Source of the DNA: Podarcis liolepis
Lineage: Eukaryota
Reading direction: 5' to 3' (one strand)
DNA: 64,000 bases
NCBI GenBank assembly: GCA_965112155.1
Contig: OZ218108.1
The notes beneath the pieces were generated by a model, which had not been told where the DNA came from, searched no databases, and worked only from the letters and a program-made list of their open reading frames with translations. This document shows positions 35,307 through 47,291 of the stretch, one piece after another. The position numbers and the translations under genes are program-made. The first letter of the stretch is position 1. Each line of letters begins with the position of its first letter.

Positions 35307-37084
35307 TGTTGCCTAATGCATGAGACTCTTGCCTCCTGTGGTTAATAAAGGAAAATAAGAAAATAAGAAGTTTGTACGTTGTTAGGAAGCAAGCCAAACA
35401 GGACTCCTACTCATACAGCCCAGCCCAATGATTTCATACAGAATAATTTCAGAAAGCGAGGCCATGTTAGTCTCTTGTGGCAAAAGACAGCCTGTTAGCA
35501 TGCTATAGGCTTCTGCTACAATACTATGCAGGCTTGGGAGTAAGTTCTACTATTGTCAGTTTGGCTGGTGAGGGCATGAATATAGAGTGGAGACTTAGCT
35601 AGCTTATTGTGACGTGAATTTCCAAGGGAAGAAGTCAGCCAGATTTCAAAAACAGTTTGGCATCAAGGTGGGAACAGGGAAGTTGCTGTTTGTGTTGTCA
35701 AAATGTAAGTTCAAGTTTGGGGCCATTGATTTAGAAATAGATAACAAGATTGCAGAATAGCTGTATGATTTTTTTGCATCTGTTTTCAGTGTGGAAGTTG
35801 TGTCAGTTTCTCAACCAACTTCACATATGCAGTGTCTTGGTTCACACATAACACTAGCTACAAGTTGTTTCTCGGGTGATAAAACAAATCATGGCTTGTT
35901 TTCCCCTCAGAATTTTATTGTTTCCCAGCTGCCGTTGTCTCATGTCATTATAATTTGGCAAGCACCTATGATGTGATGGTGAAATAAACCATGGTTTGGG
36001 AAGAGTGCTGGGTTTACACGTAACACCAAGCCATAGATAAAACAAATCAAAGTTTGTCAGCCAGCAACATACTGGCTTCAGAACACATTTTGTTGGCAGG
36101 AAACAGACAATGAAGTTATGCTGCTGGGCAAGATCACAATAAAATGCAAGCAGAACTGAATTTCTCTCCCATCCCTTAGTAATGGTATTGTTGCTAGAAT
36201 AGTGGTTGGCGGCTCTTTGTTTTTGTGGCAGATGAATGGGCTGGAGTATCCTTTTCCTTTGCTTCTGCATTCCCAAGAAAACTGACTGTTGGAGCCAAGG
36301 ATTCTTCCTGGCAGTGAAAAGGAAAGCAAGTCTCTTGCATTGCAGCTGCTTCTTCTCTGGCTGATGGATGGAACCATGTTGGTTTCTCCTGTTCCATTCC
36401 ATGATATTCTTCCTAGGAGTTCAATCATCCAGTGGTCTTTGGTCCCCTTCGCCAATGTCCGAAGTCAGAGTGTGCTTCCTTTCTGCTCTGCAATCCTAGA
36501 GCAACGTTGGCTGCATTCAGACGTCACATCATTCTGCTTTTCCTGATATTTCCTCACTTTGTGTGTTATGCAATCTTTCACACAATGTAGAAGCTACCTA
36601 CAGAAATCAATCATAATCTAGAACAGCCTTGTTCTTCTACCGCAGCAGGTAAACAGCCAACTTTCCTATAGCACTTGAAGAAAAAACCAGTTTATTGTAG
36701 CAATAGCTTTTTGTGGGCAAAAAACTATTTTTTTTTTTTAGGATGCAGTGATGCTAGAGCGCTTGAGGGGCAACACCCTAGCAGGAAACCTATGTCTCAT
36801 GGGAAGGTGGGGGCAAATGTTTCTGAGGGTTGTTTCAGCTAAATAGAAAACAGTTTGTTTCTTTGAAGGAAGAGAGGATTTTTTTGGTAAATTCTGTCTC
36901 TGTAGGACAAGGAGCATAGGAAGCACACTCTGACTTATTCTGAGTTCAGTACTGGCCACACTGACTGGTGGTGCCCTTTCAAAGTTTCACACAGGGTACA
37001 TTCCCAGCCTTACCTGATGATTCTGGGGATTGAGTCTGGCAGAAGCTCTACCACTAACCTACAACCCTTAGCCTGTAGGGTGAG

Positions 37085-37391
37085 TAGGGCTGGGCGATAT
37101 CAGCTTTTCTGCATTGCAGTGTAACACCAGCCAAACATCACAATATAGTGATACATTACAATGTTGAAAAGCGGACGGAGGAACAAGCTGCATCATCCCC
37201 GGCCCCACGGGGTGAAACTGCCTCAGCTCCCCTCATGGGGCCAATGCAACTTGTTCTTCTCTCTGGGTGCTGGCGCTAGAAGGAGTCAGGTGCGGGCAAG
37301 CCCTACCTGTGATATACTGTGGAGTGAAGGTGGCATTGCACTCTGGCCCTCAAACTAGTCCTGGGCAATGTATCAATACATTGCCCAGGCC
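37085..37391. mobile_element. MITE with AGGGCTGGGCGATAT-type ends; related element at ~44373-45123
   Basis: TAGGGCTGGGCGATAT ... ACATTGCCCAGGCC. The 44.4-45.1 kb copy ends ATATCGCCCAGCCCT and shares acaccagc(c/t)aaacatc. Confidence 0.55.
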
Positions 37392-37712
37392 CAACAATGA
37401 GTACAGAAGGATTTATTCATTGACTATATCCGCCACAAACATATTTATTCATTGTGTTTATACACTGACTTTCTGCCAAGGCACCCAAGTGGCTTACACA
37501 TTTTTAAAGTCCTAAGATAACATGCTAACTTGGGAGGGGCCGGGGAAAGAAATAGACAGTTTGGCCAGAGCACAGCTTGATGTTGTCTGTGCCTGCCTCC
37601 CTGACATGCTTCTTCTTCATCACAGGGCAGGTGGTTACCGTTGGCCTTCAACATATAAATAGGTCTGGTATCAACAGTTAGCGTTCCAGACCTGGTACTC
37701 TGGTTGGGACTA

Positions 37713-37935
37713 CAGTGGTACCTCGGGTTACAGATGCTTCAGGTCGCAGGCTCTGGTAAACCCAGAAATAGTACCTCGGGTTAAGAACTTTGCTTCAGGA
37801 TGAGAACAGAAATCGTGCTCCAGCGGCGTGGAGACAGTGGGAGGCCCCATTAGCTAAAGTGGTGCTTCAGGTTAAGAACAGTTTCAGCTTAAGAACGGAC
37901 CTCCAGAACAAATTAAGTTCTTAACCTGAGGTACC
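37713..37935. mobile_element. Tigger/pogo-like MITE, right TIR eroded
   Basis: TA-CAGTGGTACCTCGGGTTA ... TAACCTGAGGTACC. Confidence 0.75.
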
Positions 37936-38230
37936 TGAGGTAGTTGTGATGTTGACACCTGCCCTGTTCTTCCCATGTGCTCTCCTCAATACCTTGAAAT
38001 GACACCAGGTAAGGTGCCCCAGGGCATTGTGAGAACTTGAAAGGGTGGCTCTCAGTTACCCTTGGAGTCGGAAGTGATCCAGTGGGTGCTTGGTGCAGAG
38101 CCATGATCCTACATGGATATAAATAAAACACTCCTGCTGTTTGTGATGTAGATAGGGCAGGAAAAAAGGGTTTCTGGATGGCTAGTGCCAAGCTAATTTT
38201 TAACGCTCTCTTTTTGTATTGTGTTTTCAG

Positions 38231-38362
38231 AGACGGTGAGCTAAGTTTAAGTAGATCAATGGTCAATAGCTCTGATAAAATAAACCAAAAGAGTGGCTCT
38301 TCAATGTTCCAGCATTCCGTGGAAAGATGGAAAATCAATTCTTCCTTGGTACTGGAAATAAG
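38231..38362 (+). CDS. ST8SIA4: ST8SIA4 coding exon 2 (stem, start of polybasic region)
   Basis: Acceptor ttttcAG at 38229-38230. Encodes (G)[43 protein letters not shown](R). Donor AG|GTGAGT. 132 nt, frame continuous with exon 1. Confidence 0.97.
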
Positions 38363-39714
38363 GTGAGTACCTTAAATAACGCACAGAACTCATTTATACA
38401 TTGTGGTAGCTTGTAACTGGGTATATGCAAGTGAGGGCTGGCAAATCTGTCTTTCTTTACAGCTGTTGGTCTTTACCAATGTGGAAGACAAAAGTTTGGG
38501 GATTCCAGTGTAAAAGGTGTCTCTTTAATTTTGAACATTCCTTCAGTAAAAACTGAATCCTTTACTAAACTAAATTCATGCAGAATAGGGTCTGTATAGT
38601 GGCATCCAGTAAGTTTGACTGGATTGGTCGCAGCATTTCAATGTGCTGTATAATAAAGCACGAAAAAGATATTAATGGCATACAGCTAATTAATATGTGC
38701 AGAGTTGCATTAAAAGAAATCTGCAGGAGGCCTCTAGTTTGATAGCTCTTGGAAGGCTTCGCCTGTGAATGATCCCACTGTTTCATCACTGTAAAAGCAA
38801 ATGGCCAACAGTGATTCTGACAACTTGTATTTCAGTACACTTGACTGACTGATATTTTCTTTTATGATCTTACTAATATCATTGTACACACTTGGTTAAG
38901 AAAAAAGTATCAGCAAATCACTTCTGTTAAAATAAAGTGTAGTTGCTTGCTTTTGAAGAGTTTGTGTCTCTGAGTCATATCTTTTGTTTTCCGTTGCATC
39001 AGTCTAAAACCACAATGGCAGAACGGGGCTGGGGAGGGGGGTTTCCATTTTCTTCTGTGAGAAGGAAAAGGGACATCTTTTAAAGTGAGAAGTGTTGGGG
39101 CTCACATCTGGCTGCAAGTCTCTCCCTGGATACATCCACATAGCAGTTTATTCCTTTCTCCTAATTTAATTTCCATGCTATATGTGAGCTTTCGCATGGA
39201 AACCATTTCTGGAAATCTAATGAAATATAGTGGGAGTTTTGTTCTCATTTCCATGTTAATTTCTTCCAGAAAACAATTCCCTTGCAACCCCATTATTTGC
39301 AGGAAGAAAGTGACAAAATCTGGGGTGGTATATTGGCATATGGTTCTTTCCTGCTTAAAGCAGTATCATAGCACTTTAAATGTATGGTGTGAAGGTGGCT
39401 TTGGTTACTCCTACAGTAAACATGATCAGTTCTTAGTGGTGCAGATTATACCCTGGACAGGACTCAGGCCACCAGGCATTGTGCAGCCTGATGTTTTACT
39501 ATGATCTTTCCCATTACTGGTTATTTTTAAGAGCAGTTAAGGACTGTTTTCTGCTGTGCTGGGAGCCTTCAATCCCTTTGCTCTGGGAAGGCTAGTGCGT
39601 GTATCTTTTAAAGGTGGTTCAGAGTCGGATTTCAAGCGTGTTTTGGTTATATCTTCATCTGGGATTGATAGTTCATGCAATACTAAAGACTAAGACTGTT
39701 GTTTTATTATGCTT

Positions 39715-39816
39715 TTGTATTTGTTGGAAGCCACCTAGAGTGGCTGGGGAACGCAGTCAGTTGAGGGGGTACGAATAGAAGAAGAAGAAGAAGAAGAAGA
39801 AGAAGAAGAAGAAGAA
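39715..39816 (+). repeat. L2 tail followed by (GAA)n microsatellite
   Basis: ttggaagccacctagagtggctgggg... followed by ~13 GAA units. Confidence 0.75.
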
Positions 39817-40811
39817 AGTTCAGTTTTCTGGATGTAGATCTTTGTGTAGGCAAGACTGGACCATCCCCACCCAAGAGGGAAGTACTGGCTGACTTGGAGA
39901 AACCTCAAAGTTTGCAAAAGTCCAAAAATACTTTACTCTTCCCTTACATTTCCTTATAGCATCCACCAAACAGATGAATAAGCAGAACTGAGCATGCTTA
40001 TTGGTCATGGAATGTGGGGGCAGCAGGGTGGGATGGAGTGTCCTACAAGAGGACATAGCTGTGTGTATGGAACCCCAAACTGGATCACTGCACACAGCAA
40101 CCTTTTGTTTGTGGGTCCCACTTATCCTTTTAGTTTCAAAGCCAGTTTGAGTCAGTCATATGATGGCTGTATCCCAGGAGGAGTTGCACATTTAAAGGCA
40201 GTAGGGGGCTGGCAATTCAAAGGACACAAGCCATGATTGCTGTCAGCAGATGTCCTTTAAATTCCTGCCATTATGGATTCATTTACCTCCTTTCAGCCTC
40301 CTTCATGCTCCTTCACACAAGAAGCAGTTTGCAAAAGTCAAAGTTCTGGAAAAGAAACCAGCCTGGGCTGAAAATGAAAATCCGTTATAGCAATCTGTTC
40401 ATTTGGCATAATTTAACTTAATTGTAGAATTGAGATTCGATCATTGCTGGGTATTGATAGGTGTGAAATATCTTGACTAAAGCTGCATGTCAGGCGTTCT
40501 CCTTTGTAGACATTGTGAACAGATGGCGTATCAGTAACCAGGCAGTCCAGATCAGTAGTGGCGGAAGAAACATTGCCTCACGTTGTTGCACGGCACCTAT
40601 CACAGCATCTTGGACCTGGCAAGTGACAGTTCACCTGGATGTTACAGCATAGTCACTACTCCTGCCACACTTAACAGTGATGGTGTGAGCACATCACGGT
40701 AAACCAAACTTAATGGTTTACTATGCATGGCCTGGTTGTGCCTGCTCCATTCCTCGCTGCTAGTGCTGGTTTAGGATTTTGTCTGAACAAGGGGTTGTGA
40801 TCAACATGGTA

Positions 40812-41067
40812 AAGGTCCAGCCATTAGTTCCAGTCGTGGCCGACTCTGGGGTTGCGGCGCTCATCTCGCTTTATTGGCGAACCAGAGCAGCGCACGGAAA
40901 CGCTGTTTACCTTCCTGCCGGAGCAGTACCTATTTATCTACTTGCAGGTTGGCAGGAGCAGGGACTGAGCAACAGGAGCTCACCCCACCGTGGAGATTTG
41001 AACCGCCAACCTTCAGATTGGCAAATCCTAGGCTCTGTGGTTTAACCCACAGCGCCACCCACGTCCC
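40812..41067 (-). mobile_element. Sauria SINE (internally deleted)
   Basis: Head GGGACGTGGGTGGCGCTGTGGG on the - strand. ~19-bp TSD GGTTGTGATCAA(C/A)ATGGTA at 40793-40811 and 41083-41101. Confidence 0.88.
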
Positions 41068-43261
41068 TGGGTGATCAACCCAGGTTGTGATCAAAATGGT
41101 AGATGAGCCAAAATCAACTCCCAGCTTTTCATTATGGTTTGTTGGGAGGAAAACATGCCCCATAGTTTGAAAGTAATGAGAAGCCATGTATTGTGCTTTG
41201 TTTCCTCAGTGTGATGTTGGGGAAGAGCAAGAGTCCAAATTCATTACCATTAAGTATGCTTTACTGTGATGTGTGAACTGCATAGCTCTGCAGCACCATG
41301 TGATGGCTTGGGGTATGTGCAGACAGTCTGTCGGTTGAGACTATGGCCTGATGCACTTTCCCCTAATGGGTGCTATTACAATGGGGGCTGATTTCCATTG
41401 TTTGCGGTTATAGGATTATGCCACTGTGAGTCTCTGTCATGTGTTGGGCTGGAGTGAAGTTTTGCCTTCCATCTATAGAAGGTTTATCATCCAGTGGAGG
41501 GATCTTACTGGCTGGGAATGGGTGACTTTTGTTTATCTTTATTCCCCTGTCCCCATTAAAGGTTTCGTGGAGATGAGGGAATCAGAAGCATTAGCCATCA
41601 CTGGGACTAAAGTCTTCATACAACCCAAATGTATATTGTAAGCAGTTCTGTGGAGTGACCTCATACAGACAAAAAATAAAATAAATAAAAAGTAAACCAT
41701 TAAGACCAGCTAACTGCCCAGGCTGCAAAGGTTGGGTTCAAGTAAAAAAGAAAAGAAAATAATTCACACATTTATTATTTGGGACCTATTCGTTCAGAGG
41801 AGGTGATTTCAATTGTTAGAAAAATGATCAATGAAGTGAAGGCTTTGTTTACAAAGGTGCCTCATAGGATAAATAAAATAATGTGGAGTTAGTTATAATA
41901 GTGGCCATTTGTCTTTTGGTAATCAATAACTCCTAGGAGAATCTAAACATAAATCTTTCATTTTCAATCCTCACAATAAATTAACTGCAACTCCAAAATA
42001 CGGGAGCTTTCCTAAATGCATCCTCCGTAAAGCAGTTGTTGGGTCGTTTGTCTTCTTGGCAGTGTTATAGGGGTACGTACTAAACTTCTGATCTGCATAG
42101 CATACGCCTTTAAAAAAGGAAATAATATGTTAAAACAAAAAACCGATCAAGTTAAATGGTGCATTTTTCATTTAATGAAAAGCATTACCTTAAATTGTTA
42201 AAAGTCACAAATTTCTTTCATTTGGATGCTGAAGACAGGACAGTTAGAATGCATTTCCCCTTAAAGATTTTCTTAATGTAGCCTCTTCATATAAACAGTC
42301 AAACTGAAATTGTAAGATCAAGAGCAACAACAAAAGGTTACTTTCTGCACAACTTCCTTTTTCATTATAGTATGCAGGAGCTGTATCTCTCTGTGTTTCA
42401 GAACATAATGTTATCCCCCATTCATGTTTGCATAGCAATGTGCAATTAGAAACAAAGGTAATTTAGGCTGCAATGTTGTGCACACTTTTTCTTGAACTTA
42501 ATGGGGCTTGCTTCTGAGTAGTTACGCATCAGATTGCATTGTTAAGATGTCTGCAGTTTTGCGAAACGAACGTTTAATGGAGTACTTAGCTGTTTTACCC
42601 AAGACTGGCTACACACAAGCCGGTTAATCTGCAGCATTTCAGTAGAGAATGAAGGTCTTGTGTATGCATGTTTGTTGTATCTGAAGTTGAACAACAGCAT
42701 GGTTGTTCTTGTTAAAATACTTTTAGAGGCTTTAGAACCAGCTTGGAACTTTCCCCCCAGGCAGAAACTTAGTGAGTTTCTTTTGACTTCTGGCTATAGA
42801 AGCTACTTTTTAAAAAACCAGGTAGAGGCAAGACAGAAAACTTCTAAAATATCTGCATACAGTCCATTTAGAAACTTTGTCAGCCCAGTTGAGCTTTCTT
42901 TAGGCGGTAGGCGAAAACATTCCTCTTCAACCAGGCCTTTGGCTGATTCATATTCTACAGCCTTTTAAACGTGTCTGTGGGAAGGGGTGGCTATTGTTTT
43001 GCTGTTTTGCTTTACTTATTTTCATGTTTCTACCCTGTATTTTACTCTGTGAATAGTCCTCAGTAGACCCGCTGCATGTTGTTCCCTTTTACAGTGCAGG
43101 CATTTGCAGAGAGGGGTTTTTGCATGTCTCTGCGTAGCTGAATCCATAAAGGCTTCCATGTGATCTGGGACCATAAGTGAGTGAGTGCAGATGCACGTGC
43201 AACCCCTCCCTTTCCTCACAGTTGTTTGCATTGCATTTGCAAATGCCAGGGGAAGGCACTA

Positions 43262-43501
43262 CAGTCGTACCTTGGAAGTCAAAAGGAATCCGTTCTGGAA
43301 GTCCATTCAACTTTCAAAACATTCGGGCAGCTTCTGATTGGCTGCAGGAAGCTCCTGTAGCCAATCAGAAGCTGTGGAAGCCCCATCAGATGTTCGGCTT
43401 CCAAAAATAGTTTGCAAGCCGTAACAGTCACTTCAGGGTTTGCAGCGTTTGGGAACCAAAACGTTCAAGAACTAAGCTGTTTGAAAACCAAGGTACAAAT
43501 G
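43262..43501. mobile_element. Tigger/pogo-like MITE
   Basis: TA-CAGTCGTACCTTGG ... CCAAGGTACAAATG-TA. Central palindrome gcttctgattggctgcagg..cctgtagccaatcagaagc. Confidence 0.8.
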
Positions 43502-44485
43502 TACTTAGCAGTGTGGGGATACTCAGCACCTTCTGGTCATACCAGTATAACTTCTACATGGGTGTCAAGGCCCAAATGCTAACCAGACAAGGGAATTAAA
43601 CTTTATATCCCATGAGAGGTCTGGGTTGCAAGTCAATCAGGGTGTAAGGCTGCCTGCACTGTGGGTCCGGCTGATTAGCTGCAGCCACTTGGTACTTCTG
43701 TTGAACATTTCAAATGCATGACCTTGGAAATCTTTACAGCATCCCCATAAGACAGGACAGCATGCTTATCACCATCACCATCTTGCAGACGGTAGGCTGA
43801 AGGAACTGTGCCTTGCCCAAAACCACAAGCAAGCTTGAATCTGAGGTGAACTGTGGGGATTTCCTAGCTCCCACTCATATCCACCATGCTGCAGCAGTTC
43901 TCAAGATTAAAAGATCGGTAAGTCATTGCCTTCTGTGAGCCTTTTGAGAAGCTGTGCTGTGTGCTTCAGCTTGCAGAGCAAAAAGGCCTGTGCTCTGTTC
44001 ATAACTTGATCTAGAGATAAGGTTTTCTCTGAAACTTATCTTTGATGCTGCGCAGGTGTTCTGCTATATCAATAGGCCTCATTTCCTCCTTCAAAAAGCC
44101 ACAGATCTAAGGCTTCTGTGTAACTATGAATCGGGGGTGTTCAGCAGTGTTTCCGTGTCAGAAGAAGCACGGGAGCTCCCTTAGAGTTGGGGAGAAGCCA
44201 CGGATTGGTGTTAAAACTTGTGTGTTGTGATCCTGGGTTCAGTCCTAGGCATCTCCAGATAGGGTTGTGAGATTGGTGGTCTTTACTTAGTTTAAAGCAG
44301 CTTCCTATGACCTTCTTCTCTAAGAAAATATGGGTTATTTTGTTAGATGAGATCAATGGTCCATCTTACTGATAGGACTGATATCTGATTTTCAACACCG
44401 TGATACATCACCAGCTAAACATCGGGATATACCAGTACATATATCACAATGTCTAAAATAAGAATGGAGCTATGTAGAGGCATTA

Positions 44486-44832
44486 GGGACATGGGTAGCG
44501 CTGTGGGTTAAACCACAGAGCCTAGGACTTGCCGATCAGAAGGTTGGCGGTTCGAATCCCCGCGACGGAGTGAACTCCCATTGCTTGGTCCCTGCTTCTG
44601 CCAACCTAGCAGTTCGAAAGCACGAAGTGCAAGTAGATAAATAGGTACCGCTCCGGAGGGAAGGTAAACGGCATTTCCGTGTGCTTCTCTGGTTCGCCGG
44701 AAGCGGCTTAGTCATGCTGGCCACATGACCCGGAAGCTGTACGCTGGCTCCCTTGGCCAATAAAGTGAGATGAGCGCCGCAACGCCAGAGTTGTCCGCGA
44801 CTGGACCTAATGGTCAGGGGTCCCTTTACCTT
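44486..44832 (+). mobile_element. Sauria SINE, full length
   Basis: GGGACATGGGTAGCGCTGTGGG..GGTTCGAATCC..GGGGTCCCTTTACCTTT. Perfect 14-bp TSD TATGTAGAGGCATT at 44471-44484 and 44833-44846. Confidence 0.93.
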
Positions 44833-44983
44833 TATGTAGAGGCATTGGTGATTTTTGCCAGTGCCTGCTCTTGTGATTTGCTGCCCCTTGCATGAAGCAG
44901 GGGAGAATTCACCCGGCAGAGTTAACAGGAGCTGCAGAAATTGAAAGAAGCATTGACTGGCTTCGTGGTTTTTTGCATCACAT

Positions 44984-44984
<1 letters not shown>

Positions 44985-45021
<37 letters not shown>
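44985..45021. repeat. (CA)n microsatellite
   Basis: Direct inspection. Confidence 0.9.
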
Positions 45022-45022
<1 letters not shown>

Positions 45023-46189
45023 ATGATTCGCGATATATTGCCAGATCAAAAATTATGAAACCAATGTCACGATATGGACTTCAAACCTCTTTGGGACAGT
45101 GTATCAATATATCGCCCAGCCCTGCCAACTGACAAGGCAGACTGTTGGCCCATCATTCCCACAAGGATTGCTTAGGGCAATACTGTGCTTGGCCTGACTC
45201 AGTTTAGAGCAACTCAGTTTAGTATGCCTGACCCTTTATAGCATGGACTCCTACTCTCATGCGCTCTGACTGGGGCTGATAGCAGTTGGAGTTGAACAGT
45301 ATCTGGAGAGCCATAGGTTCCCAAGCCTTGCTTTATAAGGAAGTTTATAAGTCAGGAGTTGGCAATCCTACACAGTTCTCTTGCTATCTCATGTATTGTC
45401 CTATTTCAGGTCTTTAGTGCATTTAGATCAGTTCATTTCCTTCTTAATGTGTTTTCTCCAATATATGATGTTCTTGGAATATTAGGCATGAGCAGCTTTT
45501 AAACCCATCTGTGTACAAGATTAAAAATATGATAAAAAATATAGTCTTTAGGTTTCAGAAAAGCAAAAATCAAGGAAAGGGAACCTTTGCCTTGACTTAT
45601 CATTTATCTGATGCTCTAGGCACTTTGCATCTTAATATATCCCATTCTGCTTCATTACTATGTTGTCATACAAGCTCAGTTGTGAGATATTCCCTTCTCC
45701 AGCACGGCTTCAAATCTACACCAATATCCTAAAGAATGTGTTTTTCCTCTTCTATTTTACTGAAATGTAAGTTCCAAAAATCATGGCTCAGTTCCCTTAG
45801 GCTTAAAAAGTAAGTGTAGCATCCTCATTGTTGTAAAACCAAGTATCAGAAATCTCTTTTTGACTTGAAGCTTTGACTGTGGCTTGTATTACGATGCCAT
45901 TTCCCTCTTTCCCAGAATGAACAAACACACTTAGGAAGTTTGTAGAGCCACTGGAATAGTTAGGAGAGTTGTTAGGAGACACCAATTGCCCTGACAGACG
46001 CACAGTTCCCAGAGTGGTTTAACAGTCAACCCCTCTTCCCAGGGAACTGTGGAAAGTGTAACTTTCTGAGGGGAATGGGGGTCTCCTCACAACTCTCAGC
46101 ACTCTTAACAAGCAACAGCTCCTAGAATTCTTGGGGGGATCTGTTTAAAGTAGCATCAAGGTGTGAATGTGGCCTGATACTTCATGACA

Positions 46190-46340
46190 GCAAAGGAACT
46201 GTTACTATGGGAGGTGAACACTGCTGTCATGTTTCTAAAGACATCATTCACCAACCTATCTGCCTCTCTCAGCTTCTCATATTCAGCTACCCTGACTTCA
46301 AGGGAACAAACTTGTTGTCTGAGAACCAGGAGCTCTTTAT
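46190..46340 (-). mobile_element. CR1 ORF1 coiled-coil fragment (probable)
   Basis: KELLVLRQQVCSLEVRVAEYEKLREADRLVNDVFR resembles the leucine-zipper region of reptile CR1 ORF1 (recognised from memory). Confidence 0.5.
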
Positions 46341-47291
46341 TAGGGTTGCCATATGTCTGGGTTCTCCCAGACATGTCCTGGTTTTGGGGGGCCAGCATGC
46401 CGACCTGGGCAGATTTTTATTTTTTAAATGAAATGTCAGGGCTCTTTGGGAGTGGGGGCAGACACATGCCACTGAAGGGTGGGAGAGGGCAGGCACTCTT
46501 CAGAGTCAGCCACTCTCCACTGCCTTTCTGCACTGCGGCTGTGCCCCAGAAGCAGAAGCGCTGCAACGGGATCTGGAGCACCACCACCACTCCTTTCCAG
46601 TGCCCGCTCCTGGCTGTGCTGTTTGCCAGACCCTATTTGCGTGAGGCTACAGCTTGCTGGTGCCGGGGGTGACTCTGGGCTGCTGAGTGGCTCCGCTGTG
46701 GAGCTGCCTCTTCCTTTCAGGCCTCCTAGTGGTCACTGGCAAGGACATGTCCAGGATCTGGCCCGGGGAGGAAGGCTCATTGCTTTGCGGCTTCTCTGGT
46801 CCTGCCTGAGCCTCCCCCAGCAGCAGTGCCCCCCCCCCATGGCTGCTCAAGTGTGGAAGGGGCTGCAGGAGCTCTATGGTCTCTCGGGTCCTACTCAATG
46901 CGGTTTTCCCTTTTCTTGCGAGGAATCCTATTTGGAATAAGGGAATTTCCCTTTAAAAATGGGAAATGTTGACAGCTATTGTTAGGGGTGCCACTGCTGC
47001 TGCTGGGGAAGGCCCAGGCAGGACTGGAGAGGCCACAGTGCTGACATAGCTGCCGCAGCCACCATTGCAACTGCCAATGCAGCTGCTGGCCGTGACCCCT
47101 CTGACGTGGCTTGAGCAGCCTTTGGGGGCCGCCGGTGGGCCTACTCCTGGATACGACTTGCTGGCGGCCATTTGGAGGGAGGCCGGAGGCCTGAAAGGGA
47201 GAGGTGGAGCCCATAGTGGAGCCTGCTCAGCGAGGCACCAGCAAGCAGAAGCCTCTGCGCGAAGGGTAAGTCTGTCAATATGGCAACCCTA
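46341..47291. mobile_element. GC-rich hAT-like element with TAGGGTTGCCATAT inverted ends; contains part of a 90-bp MITE (46903-46979)
   Basis: 14-bp perfect inverted termini at 46341 and 47278-47291. No matching TSD. Confidence 0.55.

Noticed and set aside
35854-36546. 182-aa and overlapping ORFs antisense in intron 1
   Set aside because: No domain similarity or splice support; consistent with chance.
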